The notes under the pieces: model-generated
Databases searched by the model: none
Told to the model about the DNA's origin: nothing
The model's input: only the letters and a program-made list of their open reading frames with translations
Virus record (IMG/VR): IMGVR_UViG_3300005613_000044
Span: 9,057 to 73,056 of that record
Strand: one strand, 5' to 3'
Source: a virus
Length of the DNA: 64,000 nt
In this document: in pieces, positions 57,296 through 64,000 of the stretch
Position numbering within the stretch: the stretch's first letter is position 1
Layout: each line of letters opens with the position of its first letter
Translations under genes and position numbers: made by a program

Positions 57296-57325
57296 CACGA
57301 ACACTCTTCTTTGGTAGTATAAATA
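57292..57325 (+). promoter_or_regulatory. overlapping sigma70 and late promoters
   Basis: TTGACA-17-TAGTAT overlapping TATAAATA. Confidence 0.65.
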
Positions 57326-57429
57326 CATGGTCATGAAGGACAACTTCATGACTTGTAACAAACGAAGACACGTCGAGTCTTCTTTCATCTGCGGGTGAAA
57401 TTCCGCAAGTAAATAACGAGGTATCTAAA

Positions 57430-57795
57430 ATGATCAAATCTGTATTCGCAGCAACTGCTGCTCTGTCTATGTCCGCTGGTGCTGCTTTTGCAGGTCCTTA
57501 CGTTAACGTAGAGGCAAATTCTGGTTTCGTTGGTTCTGATTACTCCGGAACTGTAACCGACCTCCACGTTGGTTATGAAGGTTCTGAAGGTGCTGTAGGT
57601 TACTACGTCCAAGCAGGTCCTAGCCTCGTCTCCCCAGACGGTGCTGAGTCTGAAACCGTCTTCTCTGGTAAGGCAGGTGCTTCTATTGCTGCTACTGAGA
57701 ATCTTTCCGTTTATGGTGAAGTTTCCTTCGCAACTGGTATCGATGGTGGTGATAACGGTTATGGCACCAAAGCTGGTGTTAAGTTCAATTTCTGA
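57430..57795 (+). CDS. small secreted beta-barrel/outer-membrane-like protein
   Basis: Signal peptide ending AFA-GPYV; amphipathic strands; C-terminal Phe. Confidence 0.75.
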   Translation: MIKSVFAATAALSMSAGAAFAGPYVNVEANSGFVGSDYSGTVTDLHVGYEGSEGAVGYYVQAGPSLVSPDGAESETVFSGKAGASIAATENLSVYGEVSFATGIDGGDNGYGTKAGVKFNF

Positions 57796-57824
57796 TAGAT
57801 AATTGGAAATAATCTAATCCTGTT

Positions 57825-57853
57825 AGGGTCCCTAAACAAGGGACCCTTTTTTT
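57825..57853 (+). terminator. rho-independent terminator
   Basis: AGGGTCCCT / AGGGACCCT hairpin with a T tract. Confidence 0.8.
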
Positions 57854-57906
57854 GTCTCGATAAACATTAAGAATAAGTAAAAATACTCTATATATTGAGG
57901 TTTGTT

Positions 57907-57933
57907 CTTAAATTAACTTAACCGTATTTTAAA
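57907..57933 (+). promoter_or_regulatory. possible pho-box-like direct repeats
   Basis: CTTAAAT, CTTAACC and TTTAAAG spaced 10-11 bp apart. Confidence 0.35.
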
Positions 57934-58010
57934 GACAAGAATTGAAAAATATATTATAATAATCTGGTCTTCAACGGACAAACTAAAAAAACATTACAAA
58001 GGTAAAAAAA

Positions 58011-58370
58011 ATGAAAGCAATCGCACTTGCCGCACTGGCATTGTCTGCACTGGCGACACCTGCCCTTGCCGGTCCTTATGTAGAATCTAAGCATGAGTTC
58101 AAAGGAACTGATGAAGATTTCTCCAAGGCAGTTCATCAGGGTCGTGTAGGATATGAATGGAAAACTGGTCGTTTCTCACCTTATGTTGAAGGTGGTCTTG
58201 GGGTAACTGCTCCTGATGGTGGTGAAAATCAAACCTTCACTGCTCTTGAAGTTGGTTCTAAAGTCAAGATTACTGACAAATTCTCTGCTTATGGTAAGTG
58301 GGAGAACATCTTCCAAGAAGATTCTACCCGTGACTGGAAAGTTGAAGTCGGCACTAAGTACAAGTTCTGA
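58011..58370 (+). CDS. small secreted beta-barrel-like protein, paralog of 57430
   Basis: Signal peptide ending ALA-GPYV; VGYE motif; C-terminal YKF. Confidence 0.75.
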   Translation: MKAIALAALALSALATPALAGPYVESKHEFKGTDEDFSKAVHQGRVGYEWKTGRFSPYVEGGLGVTAPDGGENQTFTALEVGSKVKITDKFSAYGKWENIFQEDSTRDWKVEVGTKYKF

Positions 58371-58380
58371 TATTATATAA

Positions 58381-58422
58381 ATGAAACTTAAAGCACTCGC
58401 TGCTACTGAATCTCTTAAGTGA
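58381..58422 (+). pseudogene. 13-codon remnant, probable pstS deletion scar
   Basis: MKLKALAATESLK* between the outer-membrane-like gene and its terminator. Confidence 0.45.
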
Positions 58423-58440
58423 TTCGGTATAAATGACTAT

Positions 58441-58469
58441 AAAGGACTTCTTGACAGAGGTCCTTTTTT
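58441..58469 (+). terminator. terminator with an embedded promoter (TTGACA at 58451, TATAAT at 58474)
   Basis: AAAGGACTTC / GAGGTCCTTT hairpin with a T tract; 17-bp spacer. Confidence 0.75.
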
Positions 58470-58506
58470 ACTATATAATATGTAAAGATTTACAACAAAT
58501 TGTAAT

Positions 58507-58725
58507 ATGACTGTAACAACTGAAGATGGTGGAAGGCAAAATATGTTTGCCCGAGAACCACAAATGTATGTTTCCAAAACAGATGCGGAAAGATATGGTT
58601 ATGAAACATATGCAGAACGTGCTGAAAAACTGAACGGTCGTACAGCAATGTTGGGATTTGTAGCAGCAGTAATTTCTTATGTTACAAGTGGTAGTGTATT
58701 TTTCTTTGGTGTATTTGGTTTCTGA
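58507..58725 (+). CDS. hli: high-light inducible protein
   Basis: AEKLNGRTAMLGF motif. Confidence 0.92.
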   Translation: MTVTTEDGGRQNMFAREPQMYVSKTDAERYGYETYAERAEKLNGRTAMLGFVAAVISYVTSGSVFFFGVFGF

Positions 58726-58838
58726 TGAATGAATTACTTTTTACAGCAACTAGTATTGCATTTTTTGTATTACTGAGTTATTCCGTACAACAACTTATTC
58801 CAACTTATATTTCAGTAGAGGTAAAAGAAAATGAATGA
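58725..58838 (+). CDS. small membrane peptide (37 aa)
   Basis: TGATG-coupled; hydrophobic LLFTATSIAFFVLLSY. Confidence 0.5.
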   Translation: MNELLFTATSIAFFVLLSYSVQQLIPTYISVEVKENE

Positions 58839-58938
58839 AAACGCAGAACGTATTAATGGTTTGGCTGCAATGATTGGTATTATTGCTGCAATGGGAGCCT
58901 ATGCAGTAACAGGGCAAATCATTCCAGGCATTTGGTGA
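58831..58938 (+). CDS. hli: high-light inducible protein (35 aa)
   Basis: Read manually: MNENAERINGLAAMIGIIAAMGAYAVTGQIIPGIW. Confidence 0.9.
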   Translation: MNENAERINGLAAMIGIIAAMGAYAVTGQIIPGIW

Positions 58939-59015
58939 TGACTACCGAAACTATTTTACAGATATTTTCGAGTATTACTATTTTAGCTATTATTAGTATA
59001 ATGATTAAAAATTAA
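58938..59015 (+). CDS. small membrane peptide (25 aa)
   Basis: TGATG-coupled hydrophobic ORF before a terminator. Confidence 0.4.
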   Translation: MTTETILQIFSSITILAIISIMIKN

Positions 59016-59029
59016 AATACTGATTTGTG

Positions 59030-59057
59030 AGGGGGGTCAATTGACCCCCCTTTTTTT
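59030..59057 (+). terminator. rho-independent terminator followed by late promoter TATAAATA
   Basis: AGGGGGGTCAA / TTGACCCCCCT palindrome with a T tract. Confidence 0.8.
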
Positions 59058-59086
59058 ATAAATAATTTTTCCTACTACCAATAACC

Positions 59087-59398
59087 ATGATCAAAAAAGA
59101 TAAGGAAAAAGATCATGATGAAAGTAGAGAATGGTTAAGTGATCTCGTTAAAATTTCAATTTTAATTTGGTCTGCATCATTACTTACATTTTCCTATGTA
59201 AGGATGCCTAACGGACAAAAGATTTTAGATTTTGATCCAACTTTTATTGCTTCAGTTTTTTCTGGATCATTAGCAGCTTTTGGTTTATCCCCCGCTAAAA
59301 ATGGTCAAGCCAATCAACAACAAAAGAAAAAAGAAGAAGACCTTAAGGTTATTTCTGCAGTAGAACCAAAGGGTAAGGGAATCAACACAAATACTTGA
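59087..59398 (+). CDS. hypothetical membrane protein
   Basis: Two hydrophobic segments; DPTFIASVF motif. Confidence 0.7.
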   Translation: MIKKDKEKDHDESREWLSDLVKISILIWSASLLTFSYVRMPNGQKILDFDPTFIASVFSGSLAAFGLSPAKNGQANQQQKKKEEDLKVISAVEPKGKGINTNT

Positions 59399-59449
59399 TT
59401 CTAATCAATAGAATGTTTATATAGTAAGAGTTACTATGTTATTCTTACT

Positions 59450-59638
59450 ATGGACTATTATTCAAATATAGTTTGGTCTGTAAATATATTATGTGGACTT
59501 CTCATTTTGATGGTTTCTCTTGTAGTGATATATATACTTCGTCTAGCATACATGGAGATAGAAGATGGGAGCGATGGTGCCACCGAGTCGGAAGAGTTGT
59601 TACAACTTCCGAGTGATCGAGATCAACAGAGTTCTTGA
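59450..59638 (+). CDS. small membrane protein
   Basis: One transmembrane-like segment; overlaps the next gene. Confidence 0.5.
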   Translation: MDYYSNIVWSVNILCGLLILMVSLVVIYILRLAYMEIEDGSDGATESEELLQLPSDRDQQSS

Positions 59639-60026
59639 TGGAGACACAATTGATGTCACGATTGATTTGGGATTCGATCTCTATAAAAAAGAAAGAGTCA
59701 GAGTCGCAGGAGTGGATACTCCGGAGAAGAGAACCAGAGATCTTGAGGAAAAAGAACTCGGATATGACGCAACCAACTGGCTCAAAGAGAAATTGGAAGG
59801 TGCTATCTCCGGTGATGATGATCTTATTATTCGTACTGAACTTGTCGGTGGCGTCGGCAAGTATGGTCGTCTTCTTGGGTGGTTATACATTGGGGACGGA
59901 GATGTGTCCCTCAACGAACAAATGATTACTGAAGGATATGCTTGGGAATACGATGGTGGCACAAAACAGAAGAACTTTGAAGAGTTAAGAGAAATTCGTA
60001 GACAACACGGTACTTTAGTGGAGTAA
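59565..60026 (+). CDS. staphylococcal nuclease (thermonuclease)-like protein
   Basis: RVLDGDTID, RVRVAGVDTPE, KYGRLLG and EGYA motifs. Confidence 0.88.
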   Translation: MGAMVPPSRKSCYNFRVIEINRVLDGDTIDVTIDLGFDLYKKERVRVAGVDTPEKRTRDLEEKELGYDATNWLKEKLEGAISGDDDLIIRTELVGGVGKYGRLLGWLYIGDGDVSLNEQMITEGYAWEYDGGTKQKNFEELREIRRQHGTLVE

Positions 60027-60030
60027 TCAA

Positions 60031-60285
60031 ATGCAAAAAGTCATTAACGCAATCGCACTTCTTTCAGGACTTGTATCACTATCAGTAGTTGGTGGTGGTG
60101 TTTATCTTTACAAGAATGCTGATACCTTGATTGAAGATGCAAGAGGTAAAGTAATCGAAGAAGTTACAGAGACTATTCCAAAAATTGTAGAAGGATTACT
60201 ACCTAATGTATCTGAATTACCAACGATAACTGGTCCTGCCATTCCTTCAACACCCAGTGTAACTGGTCCTGCTATCCCATTTTAA
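60031..60285 (+). CDS. hypothetical membrane-anchored protein
   Basis: N-terminal hydrophobic helix; TGPAIP repeated in the tail. Confidence 0.7.
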   Translation: MQKVINAIALLSGLVSLSVVGGGVYLYKNADTLIEDARGKVIEEVTETIPKIVEGLLPNVSELPTITGPAIPSTPSVTGPAIPF

Positions 60286-60333
60286 ATTAAAATTTGGTGA
60301 GTTCGGTTAAATAGTAAAAACTATGAAAGTATT

Positions 60334-60456
60334 ATGGTAAAATCTAGTTATCACAAATCAATAAAGAAAAATTCATCAGATGCATCACATCAGTTTTTTC
60401 TTTACGTTGCTTTTCATTCTGCTTGGACTTCAATTTTTAATTTCTTTAATGACTAA
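60334..60456 (+). CDS. small hypothetical protein (40 aa)
   Basis: Read manually; TAATG-coupled to the next gene. Confidence 0.45.
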   Translation: MVKSSYHKSIKKNSSDASHQFFLYVAFHSAWTSIFNFFND

Positions 60457-61277
60457 TGGAAATTCCTGATATTATTACTGGTGACATTCAAATTAGAAGA
60501 TTGGATATACCTGAGATTCGTGACTGGTTGATGTCACCACCTCAGGCAATACCTCCTGTTTCTCCTGTAACACAACAGATTGGTGTACCTATAGTTAATA
60601 TTCCTGGATGTGTAGAAGCTAATAAGGAAAGGAATCCAAAAAATACATCATTGTTGGAGGACGATCCGAAAGGAACGATTACTCTTTGTGATGCTGGAAC
60701 TCCTAGTTTCAATCCTATTCAATATGAACCTGAACGATTAATTCCTACAAGACCAGCACCTATCCCAAAAACGAACACAGAAGAACCAGACAAACCAGAA
60801 AATCTTCCTGCTCCTACAGTAAAGGCACCAGAACTTCCTGTTAATACTGCTAATGTAGAGTGTCCTACACCAGGACAACAAGCAAAAGAACCTGTTGGAA
60901 CATACTTAGAGGGGTTTAGAAAGAAGGTTGTTGCCTATGAATTGAAAGGTAACGAGTGTGTCCAGATAACAGAAAAAGTCCCACTACCTCAACAGATAGT
61001 ATCAGGACTTCCTAGTGGTGGTCAGGTAGTACAAGTGGGTAGTGTTGCTGTAGTTGCTACAACATCAGCACTATTAGCAAAACCGTTGGCAGACTTACTA
61101 CTCAAAGCAGTCAAACCAACGGTTAAGAAAGTTATGAAGAAGATTGCATCAATTAGAGGAAAGAAATCTCCTATTTTGTCGTCATGGGAGCGCCGAGCAG
61201 AGCAGCGTCAGATGAATCATGCAGTGAAGGCATTACGTTCTGTGTTCCCGAGACGGAAGAGGAAACGGAAGGGATAG
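60456..61277 (+). CDS. conserved hypothetical Pro-rich protein
   Basis: 273 aa with PGCVEA motif, paired Cys and a basic C-terminus. Confidence 0.7.
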   Translation: MEIPDIITGDIQIRRLDIPEIRDWLMSPPQAIPPVSPVTQQIGVPIVNIPGCVEANKERNPKNTSLLEDDPKGTITLCDAGTPSFNPIQYEPERLIPTRPAPIPKTNTEEPDKPENLPAPTVKAPELPVNTANVECPTPGQQAKEPVGTYLEGFRKKVVAYELKGNECVQITEKVPLPQQIVSGLPSGGQVVQVGSVAVVATTSALLAKPLADLLLKAVKPTVKKVMKKIASIRGKKSPILSSWERRAEQRQMNHAVKALRSVFPRRKRKRKG

Positions 61278-62058
61278 CATGGACGTGTGGATGATTATGT
61301 CCTGGTGGATTGTTCACCACGACATCAGCACACACTTTATAATAAGGAGACTTGGGGTGGAATTGGATTCCACGTAACATCAAATCACCACAATTCTTGA
61401 GTCTGGCAATTTCAAAATCCAATCTCTTGTTAGCAGTGAGTTGAGCATTCAATTCGATCTGAGTTTCTGCTGCTTTCTTACACAGATCCTGCATCTTCTT
61501 GTCAGTTGGTGTACTCCACGTCATGGAGAAACCGACACCTAGACTATAGTTATCCTTCTGTCCAGTTCTTGTTTTCTTTTTAAAGAGAATGTCTCCTGGG
61601 TTATCAATTAATCCATCATCGTTCAAATCACTGATATCATAAACAGGATCCATATAATATGGTTCATATGGTTTTGATGCTGATGCAGTTCCTGTTACAT
61701 AAGGTGTAAAGTTTCGAGTGGGACCTTGACATTGGATACCACCTCCGTAGGTGTTAGTAATGTATGGTCCCTGAAGGACCTGAATAGCTTGGTTTGTAAC
61801 GGAGCCTGAACTATTAGCGACAGGAGAAGCAGTAGCAGAAACACCACCAACAGTTTCAGCAAATGATGAAGATGGAAATAATGCACTTAAAATTATTGCG
61901 TAAAAATACTTGTTGTATCTGTGACGCTTTGTATTTCTGTTGTTCTTTGAATGATTGTTTGATTGCTTAAACCAGGACCCGAGTACGTTTCTGTAAACTG
62001 AAACGTTGCTCCTGGTGTTACCTGTTTGTATTTTGGTGTTGATGTTACTCCTGTCCAT
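61171..62058 (-). CDS. conserved hypothetical secreted protein (start uncertain)
   Basis: Signal-peptide-like YFYAIILSALFPSSSFA followed by SATASPVANSSGSVTNQAIQV. Confidence 0.7.
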   Translation of the reverse strand: MDRSNINTKIQTGNTRSNVSVYRNVLGSWFKQSNNHSKNNRNTKRHRYNKYFYAIILSALFPSSSFAETVGGVSATASPVANSSGSVTNQAIQVLQGPYITNTYGGGIQCQGPTRNFTPYVTGTASASKPYEPYYMDPVYDISDLNDDGLIDNPGDILFKKKTRTGQKDNYSLGVGFSMTWSTPTDKKMQDLCKKAAETQIELNAQLTANKRLDFEIARLKNCGDLMLRGIQFHPKSPYYKVCADVVVNNPPGHNHPHVHAIPSVSSSVSGTQNVMPSLHDSSDAALLGAPMTTK

Positions 62059-62339
62059 GATGATGTCACTCCATTAATAGTTACATTTATATTCCCAGTT
62101 GTGGGACTTAATGTCCCATTGGTTGTTTCGATACCACTTCCTGTAGCAGAATATTGATATCCGGTGTTGTAGTCCATCGAGTTGATGGTTTCTGTTACTT
62201 TACTTGTAGTTTCTGTACGACTGGTCATGGAGCCCTGTGTGAAGTTAGGGACCACGGGCACTGACCATGCAGGTGCAGTTAACCCGTGGATTACACCAAG
62301 AACCAATCCGAGACCGATTGCTTCTTGTAGGTTAGTCAT
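61893..62339 (-). CDS. secreted Thr-rich hypothetical protein
   Basis: Signal-like N-terminus then VPVVPNFTQGS; TGATG-coupled. Confidence 0.75.
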   Translation of the reverse strand: MTNLQEAIGLGLVLGVIHGLTAPAWSVPVVPNFTQGSMTSRTETTSKVTETINSMDYNTGYQYSATGSGIETTNGTLSPTTGNINVTINGVTSSWTGVTSTPKYKQVTPGATFQFTETYSGPGLSNQTIIQRTTEIQSVTDTTSIFTQ

Positions 62340-62845
62340 CAGTCGATTACAGTGATTTCCGAAACGAATTGACCCGTTGCAGTTGTACCTGCTCCACCAG
62401 CTGTCAGTGTTGTAGCATGAGAACTATCAACAGTACCTGCCAGAGAACCTGCAGTTCCAGCTGTATAAGAAGTGATGGAACCGAAATTAGGAACATCTCC
62501 TACTGTAGGAGCACTGGTTGGGATTGTATCACCTTGTGTATAAGAAGCAGTAAAGGTGAAAGCATCACCACTTGTTGCTTGAGATGCTGTGACTACACTG
62601 GCAGCACCAGTGAAACCATCACTGGTCATCAGAACAGCATTGCCAACAACACCTGCGTTGCTGCCATCAGAAGTGCTCACACCACTACCAGAGATTGACA
62701 TACCATGACCAATTCTTGTGGCGGTAGACCTAGCAGAATCGACAGTCAGTTGAACACTAGAAGCGTGTTTAGTAATAAGTCCGCCAGCATTTGAAACACT
62801 TGCGGTCATCAGTAACATTCCAAAAGCAACTAGTACTTTTTTCAT
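62339..62845 (-). CDS. secreted Ser/Thr/Gly-rich hypothetical protein
   Basis: MKKVLVAFGMLLMTASVSNA signal peptide; minus-strand CTAAATA late-like motif upstream. Confidence 0.78.
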   Translation of the reverse strand: MKKVLVAFGMLLMTASVSNAGGLITKHASSVQLTVDSARSTATRIGHGMSISGSGVSTSDGSNAGVVGNAVLMTSDGFTGAASVVTASQATSGDAFTFTASYTQGDTIPTSAPTVGDVPNFGSITSYTAGTAGSLAGTVDSSHATTLTAGGAGTTATGQFVSEITVID

Positions 62846-62983
62846 TTGGATGAATATACTTTACACCAAATGTATTTAGAGATTTTTATTTTTTTTAATG
62901 TATGTCAGGATAAGTTAATATATTGTTGTTATTTTATTTTTTTCCGAATATCATGAGTAAATAGTATACGATTCCAAAATTAC

Positions 62984-63244
62984 ATGGAAGAAAAAGAACT
63001 ATCTAATTTTTCATTAGAAAGAAAAGAATGTCCAAGATGCGGAGCTATTTGGTTAAATGGTAGACATTACTGGAGCGGCACTGGTAAGCCTGGAGATCCT
63101 GAAACCTTATCTAATCTTGTTTGTGGTCTTGTAGAAGATCCAAAATGTATTAATCCTTCCCATAAAAAAGGTCACATTTATGGGGAAAAGGATACTTGGG
63201 ATAAAAGACAAAGATTTATAGATAAAAAATTTAAAAGTAACTAA
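62984..63244 (+). CDS. small Cys-containing hypothetical protein
   Basis: CPRCGAIW...LVC...CINP. Confidence 0.65.
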   Translation: MEEKELSNFSLERKECPRCGAIWLNGRHYWSGTGKPGDPETLSNLVCGLVEDPKCINPSHKKGHIYGEKDTWDKRQRFIDKKFKSN

Positions 63245-63255
63245 TAGAAAACTTT

Positions 63256-63411
63256 ATGCCAAGAAATCAACTCAACAAAGATGAAATTAAATGTTTTGTC
63301 TTAAAACTAAAAGATGAACTTTATAGGGAAAAATATACTGAAGGAATGACTTTTATTACTCATAAGTACTTAGATAAAATTCTAAGTAAAATTGATGAAT
63401 ATAGGTATTAA
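63256..63411 (+). CDS. small hypothetical protein (51 aa)
   Basis: Read manually: MPRNQLNKDEIKCFVLKLKDELY...KIDEYRY. Confidence 0.55.
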   Translation: MPRNQLNKDEIKCFVLKLKDELYREKYTEGMTFITHKYLDKILSKIDEYRY

Positions 63412-63426
63412 TAAGCTATAAGCTAT

Positions 63427-63452
63427 CCTTCAAACCAGACAAAGGTATTCTA
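63427..63452. repeat. 26-bp exact repeat, copy 2
   Basis: Identical to 10508..10533. Confidence 0.9.
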
Positions 63453-63475
63453 GACACTTTTTAAACTGGTGTCAA
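63447..63475 (-). promoter_or_regulatory. antisense sigma70-type promoter
   Basis: Minus strand TTGACA-17 bp-TAGAAT. Confidence 0.75.
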
Positions 63476-63479
63476 GAGG

Positions 63480-63513
63480 TTGACGGATTCGAGTAACTAC
63501 AGTATTATAAATA
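63480..63513 (+). promoter_or_regulatory. psbA promoter (sigma70 plus overlapping late motif)
   Basis: TTGACG-17-TATTAT overlapping TATAAATA. Confidence 0.7.
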
Positions 63514-63566
63514 AGTCAACACATTAAGGAATGTAAAGTTTTTTAATGGTTTCAAAACACCCCCTC

Positions 63567-63662
63567 AACCGAGACCTATAGGGTGTCTAAATAACGTCTC
63601 TCATACCTCTGCCTGAGGGTGGTAGAGGAATAGTAAAACCACCATTTCCCTGATGGTCTTAC
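63567..63662 (+). ncRNA. PhotoRC-II-like RNA motif in the psbA leader
   Basis: GAGAC/GTCTC, CCTCTGCC/GGTAGAGG and ACCAT/ATGGT stems directly 5' of phage psbA. Confidence 0.75.
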
Positions 63663-63678
63663 TTTCTGTTAAATTCAA

Positions 63679-64000
63679 ATGACTACACTTTCACGTCAAC
63701 AAACACAATCGAATATTTGGGAACAATTTTGTCAGTGGGTTACAAGCACCAACAACCGTCTGTATGTTGGTTGGTTTGGTACACTGATGATTCCAACTCT
63801 GTTGGCAGCAACCATCTGTTTCATCGTTGCGTTCATCGCTGCTCCTCCTGTGGACATCGATGGCATCCGTGAACCCGTTGCAGGTTCACTCATGTATGGT
63901 AACAACATCATTTCTGGTGCTGTTGTTCCTTCTTCCAACGCAATTGGTCTTCACTTCTACCCCATTTGGGAAGCAGCATCTCTTGATGAATGGCTTTATA
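63679..64000 (+). CDS. psbA: photosystem II D1 protein, 3'-truncated by the window edge
   Basis: Read manually: [28 protein letters not shown]...[17 protein letters not shown]. Confidence 0.98.
   Translation, partial: MTTLSRQQTQSNIWEQFCQWVTSTNNRLYVGWFGTLMIPTLLAATICFIVAFIAAPPVDIDGIREPVAGSLMYGNNIISGAVVPSSNAIGLHFYPIWEAASLDEWLY

Noticed and set aside
58491-58505. NtcA site upstream of hli
   Set aside because: GTA-N6-TAC spacing does not match the GTA-N8-TAC consensus.
10508-63452. 26-bp repeat as att sites or transposon ends
   Set aside because: The repeats flank core phage genes, no integrase or transposase is present, and each copy coincides with a promoter -10 box.

Overview
This 64 kb window comes from an AT-rich T4-like cyanomyovirus, most likely infecting marine Synechococcus (psbA, hli, talC and 8 tRNAs). 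Almost all genes are on the + strand. In order it holds: a tail/head module (gp18, gp19, gp20, gp21, gp22, gp23, gp3); recombination and replication genes (uvsY, uvsW, gp55, gp47, gp46, a peptidase-VWA/CobS pair, gp45, speD, gp44, gp62, regA, hsp20, a split gp43, uvsX, gp41, mazG); a late block of probable capsid-internal proteins; gp61, nrdA and nrdB; a tRNA/ncRNA island containing talC; a 12-gene glycan-synthesis island; two small outer-membrane-like genes and a probable pstS deletion scar; hli genes; a minus-strand trio of secreted-looking proteins; and the 5' end of psbA with its PhotoRC-II-like leader. The most notable observations are: (i) two antisense sigma70 promoters 53 kb apart that share an identical 26-bp sequence; (ii) a DNA polymerase split at the fingers domain; (iii) the glycosyltransferase island, which includes a fungal-type GT15; (iv) modular proteins that may be cut by the prohead protease, plus a capsid-targeting-like leader on a nucleotidyltransferase; (v) several structured non-coding RNAs. 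All calls come from reading motifs and gene order by eye. No database searches were run.
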